Assembly: GCA_023334545.1 (NCBI GenBank)
Contig: JAADVB010000005.1
Location: 62,001-126,000 of the forward strand
Direction: 5' to 3'
Length of the DNA stretch: 64,000 bases
Origin: Salisapilia sapeloensis CBS 127946
Lineage: Eukaryota > Protista > Oomycota
Positions 10,765 to 20,400 of this stretch are shown here, piece by piece. A program made the position numbers and the translations under genes. The notes below the pieces were generated by a model that was not told where the DNA came from, did no database searches, and saw only the letters and a list, made by a program, of their open reading frames with translations. The first letter of the stretch is position 1. Every line of letters begins with the position of its first letter.

Positions 10765-11754
10765 CTACGTTTGTTTTTCTTGCAGTGTACAATAGATGTC
10801 AGCAATATACTCTGGTCCGATGCCACAGCAGCCGCCGATGATCGTCGCACCTAGTTCCATCCACTCAAGCGCGTACTTAGTATAGACCTGTATGCTCAAG
10901 TCCGTGCGCATCGGTTGAGCGTCCGCTGCGTCTGCAAGAGCCCAGTCGGTCTGTATCTCCGTCAGCCGATTTGCATATGCACCGAGCTTTATACCTTTAC
11001 TAGCAAGCATTTCAATCATATTATTATCTCGAAGCTCTTGCAACGCAACGGAGATGGCTTCTGGCTCGGAACAGTTAAAGCAGACTGCATATAAACCTCC
11101 GTCCTTTGTGCTTTCGATCGAAGTGTTCACCGCTTGAGTCGCACTTTCACCACTCCGGATCTTGCCGTCTCGCTGGAGTGTGAAGGATACTAGTAAAGGC
11201 TTTGGAAGAGTAGACACTGCTTCGAACACCATCTCTGCTTCGGCAATGGACGACAGCGTTTCCGCTAGATAGCCATCTACTAGAGGCAGCATGCTTTCAC
11301 TAATCATCTTGTAAAGAGAGACACCTCTTTTATGGTCTGGAATGATATCTGGGCGATAGCTTTCTAATAGAGGTGGCAATGACGCTAGGATACGAGCATT
11401 TGGCTTGTTCGCTTGATCTCGCGCTTGCTGTGCGACCTCAGCCGACAAGCGTGCAAATCGAGAGATATCAGGATCACTAAATCCAACGCCAGGGGTGATG
11501 CCGTAGTTGTTGCAAGTGATCATGTCAGAGCCAGCGCGCAGGTAGGAAGCGTGGACGTCGATGAGCAGGTTGTGGTATTGACTATCGGTCAGTGCAAGCG
11601 CTGACCATGTTTTTCGGTCATCCGGAAGCCCTCGACGCATAAGCTCTTCGCCCGTTCCTCCATCCAGAAGCTCAATATGAAATGTGGTAGCTGTGGGAGT
11701 GATCATAGAGCGAAAGGCACGAGAAGTACGGTGATAGACTTTTTGCATGGACAT
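10765..11754 (-). CDS. Homocysteine S-methyltransferase family protein (Zn-dependent, MmuM/BHMT fold)
   Basis: LLDGGTGEEL, WSALAL, HASYLRAGSDMITCNNYG, FNCSEPE (Zn Cys), GAYAN, IIGGCCGIGPEYI (Zn Cys-Cys). Confidence 0.92.
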   Translation of the reverse strand: MSMQKVYHRTSRAFRSMITPTATTFHIELLDGGTGEELMRRGLPDDRKTWSALALTDSQYHNLLIDVHASYLRAGSDMITCNNYGITPGVGFSDPDISRFARLSAEVAQQARDQANKPNARILASLPPLLESYRPDIIPDHKRGVSLYKMISESMLPLVDGYLAETLSSIAEAEMVFEAVSTLPKPLLVSFTLQRDGKIRSGESATQAVNTSIESTKDGGLYAVCFNCSEPEAISVALQELRDNNMIEMLASKGIKLGAYANRLTEIQTDWALADAADAQPMRTDLSIQVYTKYALEWMELGATIIGGCCGIGPEYIADIYCTLQEKQT

Positions 11755-12017
11755 CTTAATTCCCGATGGTTGTCAAATATATTTTCCACCAATCCACAAC
11801 ACGTATTTATATTAAAAACCAATCATACCGATCGTGGGAGACACAAGTAGCCAAAATTTAGACATTTGATACTCGAGTACTAGCTCGAAGCTTGTCGACG
11901 AGTATATTGGACTAGAAGATCTACTAGACTTTATACAAACTTAGGTAAAGAACTATGCACCTGCAATACCTAGTATCCTCAATTTATAGCATATTGTGGT
12001 AATTTGATAAAGTTAGA

Positions 12018-13215
12018 ATGACATTTGCGTGGTCATGGATGCAGCTCGCAAGTGGCGTTGGGGCTGCCGTACTCGTACCTCTCGTTCTCCACCGCGTCTT
12101 TTTTCACAAGCGAGACCGCCGAAAGACGCGGGATGAATTCTTCTGTTCCAAACGAGACTACATGCGCGAAGTACATATTCCTATTTCTCTACCACTCTCC
12201 ATCCAATAACCTCACTTGTCAATCACCACTAGTACGGCTTCAACCAAGAAGACGCCGAGTTCCAAGTAGCCGTCGACTTTATATCTCGTCGTGGCAAACA
12301 TCTCTCCAACGATAAAGTCTCTTACCTCCACTCCCATCCTTTTACACGTCCTAACGTCATGCAATACATAGCGTCTGACTTTGTACGCCTTATTCAAACA
12401 AGCTCAGATCGGTCCGTGTGATATCGAGAAGCCTTCCGCTGCTGACCTCGTTGCATCCTCAAAATGGTACGCCATCATCTTGTCTCTAGCAACTTGGACA
12501 ATCCTCACAACCGCAGGCAACATTGGCATGCGCTAGGAGACATGGATGCTCACATCGCCAAGCAGCAGTACATTGCATGCGTCGAAGATCTCTTCCCGGA
12601 CTTTGATATCGAAGCTACAGAGCCGCCTTCAGACGTCCTGGATGTGAGTGACCAGATCAACAAGGCGATGCAACGCCCCGACAGCGTCTCTACCGTCGGC
12701 CCCGTCAGCACTCCTACCATCGACATGTACTCGACTATTTTCTTACCACCCATAGAGATACTTATAAATATTACTAGGACGACAGAGGAATGGCAAGTGA
12801 AGCATGATGCATTCCACTACGCTAGCACGGGAGATATGGACAAGATCCATGAGGCACTCCAAGAAGACTCGGCCATCGACCAAACTGTAGTATCTTCCTC
12901 CTGCTTCATTATGACTGTAGTTGACGTCGAGAGTAGGATGATGAAGGTCGGACGATGCTGCACTGGGCAGTCGATCGCGAACAAGAGAGCGTCGTCCAGA
13001 CGCTCTTGGCGAAAGGAGCATCCGTCAACGTCCAGGACAACGAAGGCATGACACCTCTCCACTACGCCGTGAACTGCGATAGCGAAGAGGTAGCTCAGTT
13101 GCTTCTATCTCATGGAGCTGAACGAGATATTAAAGACAACGATGGCGAGACCCCGGTCACATGCGCTGACTCGAAAACCATGCAACAGATTCTGTCGATG
13201 CACTCGACCTCGTAA
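12018..13215 (+). CDS. Acyl-CoA-binding protein with N-terminal TM helix and C-terminal ankyrin repeats (multi-exon)
   Basis: Spliced ACB domain: EFQVAVDFI…| RLTLYALFKQAQIGPCDIEKPSAADLVASSKW | QHWHALGDMDAHIAKQQYI. Ankyrins: MLHWAVDR, GMTPLHYAVNC, GETPV. Confidence 0.88.
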
Positions 13216-13246
13216 ACGAAAAAATTCGGTCTTTTATTCTTGTTGC

Positions 13247-14134
13247 TTATATGAACTGCTCATCTTCATCCAGTTGAGCTGCATACTGGATCAAATCGAC
13301 AGACTCCTTTAGTGGCTCTGGTCGAGGGGATAGCGTCGTCAGTTCTTCCATCGCTCGAGCAAAAGACGCTCGTCGGGCTTTCTTACAGGACAAAAGAGCA
13401 TTTCGACTTCTAGTAATCTCTTCTTCCGCAGATGCGATGGGCGTTACGTGCAGAGCTTGGACGCGAGAGTCGTCTTTAGCACAAGCAAATTCGACCGTGC
13501 CGCCAATGGATAATTCCATTCCGTTGCTTGATGGCAATTGGAACGGAATGACGAGCGGGACGTCCGGCGTGTACGTCTCGACTTTCTTTGCGACTTTCTT
13601 ATTTTCCAATTCGTGACGCATGATAAATCCTTGGGAACCGTTTAAATCGATGACGGTTCCGCAGTGGACGACTTCCAGTCGTTTGCTCGTCTTCGTCTCA
13701 CCTGCATACTCCAGCGTTGGCATGTGGACGGGCGGATACGATTGGGTTTCGTTGGTAGACACTGACGGTACGTTCGGGCTCATGAGACTCGGTTCATGCA
13801 CAACGACCGGTACGTCGGACGCATCGACTTGCTGCTGCTTACGTGTTTGTGAGAATTCATAGACAGAGCTCGCGACCGTTAAGAGGACGAGTGCGAGTCC
13901 TGCGGCTGTCAAGTAGATCTGGAATTGGCCGATGAAATGCATCGCAAAGTAGACGCCAATAACGAGCGTCGCACCTGCGGCAGCGACGCGAACAAAGGTG
14001 ACAGCCATTTCGGACGATGGCTTGATTAAAGCGTCTGCATCAAAGTGTCCTGAGCTAGCAGACGCAGGGGCACGGACAGCTCGCTGAGGGAGCTGCTGCG
14101 ACGCCCGGCGTGCTTTAGTGGCGTTGCTTCGCAT
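13247..14134 (-). CDS. Hypothetical two-TM protein with a C-terminal cold-shock/OB-like domain
   Basis: 295-aa intronless ORF with two hydrophobic helices (FVRVAAAGATLVIGVYFAM; IYLTAAGLALVLLTVASSVY). CGTVIDLNGSQGFI…IPF…LSIGGTVEF…VQALHVTPI resembles the CSD strand pattern. Confidence 0.65.
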   Translation of the reverse strand: MRSNATKARRASQQLPQRAVRAPASASSGHFDADALIKPSSEMAVTFVRVAAAGATLVIGVYFAMHFIGQFQIYLTAAGLALVLLTVASSVYEFSQTRKQQQVDASDVPVVVHEPSLMSPNVPSVSTNETQSYPPVHMPTLEYAGETKTSKRLEVVHCGTVIDLNGSQGFIMRHELENKKVAKKVETYTPDVPLVIPFQLPSSNGMELSIGGTVEFACAKDDSRVQALHVTPIASAEEEITRSRNALLSCKKARRASFARAMEELTTLSPRPEPLKESVDLIQYAAQLDEDEQFI

Positions 14135-14299
14135 TGGTATTTATAGGTTGCGAGCTCTATTGATTATGCTTTGTTGGCACTCGATCAAACCCAGCTTGAA
14201 GAAAATTCTGCATTTGGTTTCAAACCGACTGGCTCGTTCGACCGTATCGTCTCAAAATATACAAACGTTAAGTGAAAAGACCAAATCCTTGATGCTGAA

Positions 14300-14900
14300 G
14301 GATTAAACTGGTCTACTACGGCTTGAACGTTTCCGTCAAAGCAGAGGAGAAAATTTTTATCGTTTCTGAGTGTTTCAGTGCACATTGCAAAGCGATGCAG
14401 AAGTAGATGCTGTGGTACGATCTTTGGTGCCTTCACTTTTACTTGAGCAGGGACAACCGTGTCACAATTCCGAAGATCGCTGGACGATTTGTCCCAAAAT
14501 GCGAAACTAATCTCAAATGTCCCATTACGCGGTCGACAAACCCTAATGCGTCGATCAAGTAATGCAGATAAACTGATATTTCAGCATGGACGGATGACAC
14601 TTTGCCGGCCAATCGTCGTGATATCGTATACAATTCTCTAGCATCACATGTGCGATCTTCCTATCTCTTGAGTCTATGTGTCAATCCTTTCGACTTTAAG
14701 CTATTGCCACTTGGAAATGCGACTGGTGCACAAAGCTGCGTGTTGTCGACTTAGACATGGGAACGTAGCCTACAAACGGACAGTCTGCTGTAGCTGTCGT
14801 TTACTCAAACGTATCAACCACACTGAGAAACTTTCATTCGCGATTTTGTACGCCCGACGGAGCCTTTGAGTTTGTTGTTTTCTTGTTGAGATCTCTGTAA
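14300..14900 (+). pseudogene. Possible decayed coding remnant
   Basis: One frame reads protein-like (…QSDAEVDAVVRSLVPSLLLEQG…WKCDWCTKLRVVDLDMGT*…FCTPDGAFEFVVFLL) but has many stops. No family recognised. Confidence 0.15.
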
Positions 14901-16439
14901 CCCTTTAGATCCGATTAGGTCTGGCTCATTAGAAACACCACGAGGCAAGCGAGTACTAGCGAATGTCACGCGATACACAGGTCCTAGGTGCAGCGCCTCT
15001 TGATGTGATAATCCTGCATCTAACATGGGAACCATACACGACGGACCATTTCTCGGCGTGGGTACCTACTAACCGGCCATCTGCACCGAAGGTCACAGTT
15101 TGATCGCAGACATGTGGTCACCAAGGCCCGTTTGTGTTTAAAACGTGCTGACAACCAATAATTACCCTTGAGTCCTTTGGATGGACCGCTGTGGTGAAAT
15201 GGTAGCGAGCTGATGAAACCAATGGAGATGAGGAATAACAGGTGCTATGCCCTACATTAAAGGGATGACTTTGACCTTTATTAAGTTCCAAAAGACTGGA
15301 TGAGGATCCGTACTCTTGGTGACGCTAACTGAAGAGAGATTGGCCTATTCGTTTCAACCTTGATGGAGGCGAATGTAATTCTGGGAATCTGGATATATTA
15401 GCCCTACATAAGCTCCCGACCATCAGTGTTCTATGATAGCAATCATAGGATAGCTTCAGTGAAACGTGGCATCAAAGGGCGTGCCATTCAAAGCTCACTA
15501 ACCTTTCAGAGTTTAGCTCGCTGATGTTTAAACTGTAAATACTGAATGTTTATTGATGCATATTCATCAAACTAGTACAGTAACTTGACATAGCTAGCAA
15601 AAGAAACGCATCTGAAGTCCAGTATCTAAATTAAGTGCACTCTATGCTATTCATATTGTCAATCCAAGTTGGGATAAATCGATATGACTACTTAATTCCG
15701 TCGTTGATACTCTGGGCAATTAGCTAGTTGCCCTTTTATAACTAGATGCTAATGGTGGAGAAAGGATCCTCTGTTAAATCTTCGGATACTGAGAGTGTGA
15801 TTATGGATTAAAAGGTATGGCTCGGTATTTATCGCCTACATTGTTGGTAATCTGGATGAATACATCGTGATTTGATGATCAAATAAAGGGATGAAGTCGT
15901 CTCGCATTTATTACAGCCATCAATTTGTAGCACGCCTCTCTTTATACCACCAATGCTTTCGCTAGTGCATCATTCAAGCTAACTGCTAAAAAGAAGCATT
16001 TCCTATTTGTATCTTGAGCCCACATTTGCCACGAATAACTGCAAAAGCAGCATAGCCACATCTTCAAGTATTATCAAGTAGAGAAAATTTTGCGTCCATA
16101 TATGTCCAGACCATAAAACACCCACAGAAAGGAAAATGTCGTCGACTAAAAGTTATAGAATTGCTGCTTCAGCATCAGTATGAGAAGTAATTTGTATTTT
16201 ATCGCGTCAAACACGATAATCCATTTAGACATTTTTTATGGGACAATAATCATTTAGACTAGTTTTAGGTGTTATAATTTTACTCCAAAATAAGTTACAT
16301 TTCCTTGAAGTTGAAGCCGCAATCTTAAAAAGTCGCTCGATGGATCGTTTCGGATACTTTTCGTATCGCGTCTCCTCATAACCCGTCGAGATCCACGGCT
16401 GGAACATACTTCTTTGGTCATTAAAGTACTGTAATAGCC

Positions 16440-19400
16440 ATGTTTATCTTCTTGAGCAAGAAGATTGCCGTCCCGAACAACCTTAAGCTGCAATGTCTCG
16501 ACTGGAATTCAGAGCAGGGGTACATCGCATGTGGTGGTCAAGAAGGATTATTAAAGGTCCTCCGGCTTGAAGCTGCTGACCCAAACGTTTTAAAGTCCAA
16601 GGCAGATATGAGCGGTTCACGAGGAATTGCTGCACCAAGCAATCTCACGATGAACCAGACGCTCGAAGGTCATCATGGTGCTGTCATGTGCGTGACTTGG
16701 AATGCTAGTTTTAAAAAGCTCACTACGAGCGATGAAGATGGTTTGATCATCGTTTGGGTCATGCATCGCGGCATGTGGTATGAAGAGATGATTAATAATA
16801 GAAACAAAAGTGTTGTGAGGGATATGAAATGGACGACCGACGGAGAGAAGATTTGCATTGCCTATGAAGATGGAGCCGTCATCGTCGGCTCTGTGGATGG
16901 TAACAGGCTATGGGGAAAGGATATGAAGACCCAATTGGAGTTTGTTGAATGGGCTCCAGATAGCAAAACTCTTCTCTTTGTGTCCAAAGATGGAGAAGTC
17001 GCGGTACACGATGCACATGGAAACAAGCAGAGCACAGTGAATCTCTATGCCGTTGAGGCTGACAGTCTTGGATATCGAAACACTGACAGCTACAAAATTG
17101 TTGGGCTGCACTGGTATGATGGATTAGAGGGTCATATTTGCGAAGACGTTCCAACTCTGGCTATTGCGTTTCGGGACGGTAAAGTCCAAGTGACTCGTGG
17201 TCGCTTCGACTCTCACCCTGTGCTTATTGACACTGGACTTGAACTTTCAAGAGTCCGCTGGAACAATGACGGAAGTGTACTTGCTTTGGCAGGAAGTCAA
17301 AAAATAGATTCACGTTCAGGGAAAGAAGGCAGTATGGTTCAGTTTTATGATCCGTTCGGTCGCCACTTGAGGTCACTACGCGTTCCTGGTAGCAAGATTG
17401 AGGCACTCGCATGGGATGGATCTGGTTTGAGGATCTGTCTTGCCATCGACTCGTACATATACTTTGCCAACGTCCGCCCAGATTATAAATGGGGGTTCTT
17501 TGCTGAAAACACCGTCGTGTACACATTCAACCGCGTTGATCAAGCAGAAAATTGTGTAGTGTTTTGGGATACCAAGTCCAGTGGCAAGTATGTCAAGTAC
17601 CACAAAAACCTTTTGGGAATCAAAGCAGCGGGAGACAACTGTGTACTCGTTACCCAAATATACAATGAAACAACTTCTAATGGAGTTACCGGTCCGGAAG
17701 ATACGACGCATGGCTCGAGTGCACCTTCAAAAGAGGTACAATATCAGTTGCTGTTGTGTGATACGATCGGCTCGCCGATTGAGTCCAAGATCGTGGACTT
17801 TGAGCCCTTGCACGTATGCATGACACCACGTCACATAATTGCTGCATCCTCTGATGCCATCTTTGTTTGGCAATACCGCAATTCCAACGCAAAACTAACC
17901 GGTTTGATATCAAGTGGTCCTACCTCGACCAGTGGTGATACCTCGGCCATCTCGCAGTTGCTTTCCCAAACGGGAGGAAGCGTTGGTATTGGTAGTGGCA
18001 ACGTATTCGGAGGTAGCAATACAGAGAAAATTTTCTACGTAGATGAGACGCAGGGGAATGACGTTTCCAATTTCCACTACATGGAGCGCAACCTCGAAGA
18101 TCCGATCTGCGCTATCTGCGCCTCAGATAGTTGGATCGTAGCTGCACGCACAAGTGGGCTCTTGCATTTCTTCACACTGCCACACATCTCGCTCGAGATG
18201 AAACATCTCTTGCAGTGCAGACCACAAAAGATCAGTTTGAACTGTAACTCGACCCGACTCAGTGTCATTGACATCAATGGTATCATGACACTAGTGGAAG
18301 TTGGATCACCAGGTTCTCTTAGTGTGCTGCCAGCAGAAACCCTGGACTTCGAGCGAAAGGATGCATGGGATATGCTTTGGGCTGATGATAACCCAGAGCT
18401 TTTCGTCGTGATGGAGAAAGCGCGTATGTTTGTCTTCCGAGGGCTTGATAGTGAAGAACCTTTGCCATCGTCCGGGTACCTCTGTAGCTATAAAGAGCTT
18501 CAAGTAAAAGCTGCGTTGCTAGATGAAATTCTGGTAAATCCGGATGAACCAAGCACGTCCATGCTACTTACCTTCAACACCAGGTCGCTTCGCGAAGCAA
18601 AGGAGCTGCTAGATAGTGCTGGAATTAGTGACGCTAGCAATTACATCCAGGAACACCCTCACCCTCGACTCTGGAAGCTACTTGCTGAGGCAGCACTGGA
18701 ACAACTCGATTTTATCACAGCAGAGAGAGGCTTCGTCAAGTGTCAAGACTATGGAGGCGTTCACTATGTAAAGAGGCTTCAGCGACTTAATGACCGGACG
18801 AAGCAGAAAGCTGAAGTTGCAGCATACTTCCAGCGTTTTGATGAAGCGGACGAGTTGTATCGTCAGATCGATCGAAAAGATTTAGCGATCGAACTGCGTG
18901 AACGTCTTGGTGATTGGTTCCGTGTGGTGCAACTAGCTCAAGCAAATGGTGGTAGTGCCGGGGCCGATGATCTATTAAAGAAGGCTTATTCTCGGATTGG
19001 AGATCAGTTCGCTGACAAGCATGAATGGCAAAGTGCCATCAAGTACTATTCCCAAGCTGGCAATAATGAGGCACTTGTCAGCTGCTACTATAAGCTCGGA
19101 GACTTTAATCAACTCGAATCGATTGTAAGTGATCTGCCAGAGTCTTCGCCGTTGCTTAAAGACATGGCGATAAAGTTTACACAAGCTGGTATTAGCCGAG
19201 CTGCTGCAGAGACATATATTCGCATGGGTGACATTAAAGGAGCGATTGACGCATGCGTGCTTTTAAATGAGTGGGAGCAAGCTGTGGCACTTGCGGAAAC
19301 CCACTCTTTCCCACAAATCGAAAACATCTTGGCCAAATACGCTAGCTCACTGCTTGCAAGCGGAAAGATCATGCAAGCAATTGAGCTGTATCGTCGAGCT

Positions 19401-20198
19401 CATAAAAGCTCTGATGCAGCAAAGCTCTTGTCGAAACTAGCGAAAGAAGCATGTCATAATCCACTACGAGCAAAGAAGTTGCAAGTGCTGGCAGCGTTTG
19501 AAGTAGAGCGTATGCGAAAGAAGATGCTGGATCAGACGACTGCGCTCATGACATCGTCCACTGGAGCTGGAAGTACAAGCACGAGAGCAACTGCTGCGCA
19601 AATGACAGCGCAGACATTGGACACTTTAGTACAGCATGATGCTGCTACCGGTGAAAATAAGTCCCTAGATAACCCTTGGAGAGGCGCAGAAGCGTACCAC
19701 TTGTATCTACTGGCCCATCGTCAGCTCTATGCTGGACATTTAGATCGAGCGATGCGCACAAGCCTTAAACTCCGAGTGTACGAGGATGTCTTGGATGAGC
19801 GAGATGTGTTTTCACTTGCAGCTCTGACAGCATTCTACACCAACCACTTTGCACAGTGCTCCAATGCTATGATTAAACTAGAGACAATGCATGGGGTTGA
19901 CGAAGCCGATACGAAGAAGATGACAGAATTAGCGTTGAGCATTTTCAGCACTACACCTCCGAAGGATCCGAGCGCAAGTTCTAATGAATGTCCATCGTGT
20001 CGAGCTTCAGTTCAAGAATGGGATAGTCGCTGCGATGGATGTGGGCGACAGTTCCAGACTTGTATGGCGACTGGTGCAACTGTGTTGGACGAACGAACGC
20101 TCAATTGCCGTACCTGCCGACATGTGACGATTGAAACAGAGGCGAAGAAACTCAAAACCTGCCCACTATGCCATGCCCCGTGGTCTCTCTCTTTATAA
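16440..20198 (+). CDS. WDR35: WD repeat-containing protein 35 / IFT121 (IFT-A complex)
   Basis: MFIFLSKKIAVPNN…GYIACGG..GLLKVL, NLTMNQTLEGH, KLTTSDEDGLIIVW…WYEEMINNRNKS, TPR-like helical region and C-terminal CxxC zinc-ribbon motifs. 1252 aa, intronless. Confidence 0.97.
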   Translation: MFIFLSKKIAVPNNLKLQCLDWNSEQGYIACGGQEGLLKVLRLEAADPNVLKSKADMSGSRGIAAPSNLTMNQTLEGHHGAVMCVTWNASFKKLTTSDEDGLIIVWVMHRGMWYEEMINNRNKSVVRDMKWTTDGEKICIAYEDGAVIVGSVDGNRLWGKDMKTQLEFVEWAPDSKTLLFVSKDGEVAVHDAHGNKQSTVNLYAVEADSLGYRNTDSYKIVGLHWYDGLEGHICEDVPTLAIAFRDGKVQVTRGRFDSHPVLIDTGLELSRVRWNNDGSVLALAGSQKIDSRSGKEGSMVQFYDPFGRHLRSLRVPGSKIEALAWDGSGLRICLAIDSYIYFANVRPDYKWGFFAENTVVYTFNRVDQAENCVVFWDTKSSGKYVKYHKNLLGIKAAGDNCVLVTQIYNETTSNGVTGPEDTTHGSSAPSKEVQYQLLLCDTIGSPIESKIVDFEPLHVCMTPRHIIAASSDAIFVWQYRNSNAKLTGLISSGPTSTSGDTSAISQLLSQTGGSVGIGSGNVFGGSNTEKIFYVDETQGNDVSNFHYMERNLEDPICAICASDSWIVAARTSGLLHFFTLPHISLEMKHLLQCRPQKISLNCNSTRLSVIDINGIMTLVEVGSPGSLSVLPAETLDFERKDAWDMLWADDNPELFVVMEKARMFVFRGLDSEEPLPSSGYLCSYKELQVKAALLDEILVNPDEPSTSMLLTFNTRSLREAKELLDSAGISDASNYIQEHPHPRLWKLLAEAALEQLDFITAERGFVKCQDYGGVHYVKRLQRLNDRTKQKAEVAAYFQRFDEADELYRQIDRKDLAIELRERLGDWFRVVQLAQANGGSAGADDLLKKAYSRIGDQFADKHEWQSAIKYYSQAGNNEALVSCYYKLGDFNQLESIVSDLPESSPLLKDMAIKFTQAGISRAAAETYIRMGDIKGAIDACVLLNEWEQAVALAETHSFPQIENILAKYASSLLASGKIMQAIELYRRAHKSSDAAKLLSKLAKEACHNPLRAKKLQVLAAFEVERMRKKMLDQTTALMTSSTGAGSTSTRATAAQMTAQTLDTLVQHDAATGENKSLDNPWRGAEAYHLYLLAHRQLYAGHLDRAMRTSLKLRVYEDVLDERDVFSLAALTAFYTNHFAQCSNAMIKLETMHGVDEADTKKMTELALSIFSTTPPKDPSASSNECPSCRASVQEWDSRCDGCGRQFQTCMATGATVLDERTLNCRTCRHVTIETEAKKLKTCPLCHAPWSLSL

Positions 20199-20400
20199 CT
20201 TTGGCAAGTTTACGCATTATTAATGAAATTCAATTCTCGTTTAAGTAGTTCTTGCTCAACTAGAATCAGTATTACATGGGAAGTTGTAAACGTCCGACCT
20301 CACAGAGAGGCGGGTAATTGTAAACCGTAGGAGCGAGAAAAAGTTTCCATTCGTCGACTATTCGGTGAGCAATTCAGCCAGAGTCCGTGCGCATACATCC

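Noticed and set aside
15185-15210. ACCGCTGTGGTGAAATGGTAG resembling a tRNA acceptor/D-arm
   Set aside because: No anticodon stem, TPsiC arm (GTTCRA) or complementary 3' acceptor strand follows.
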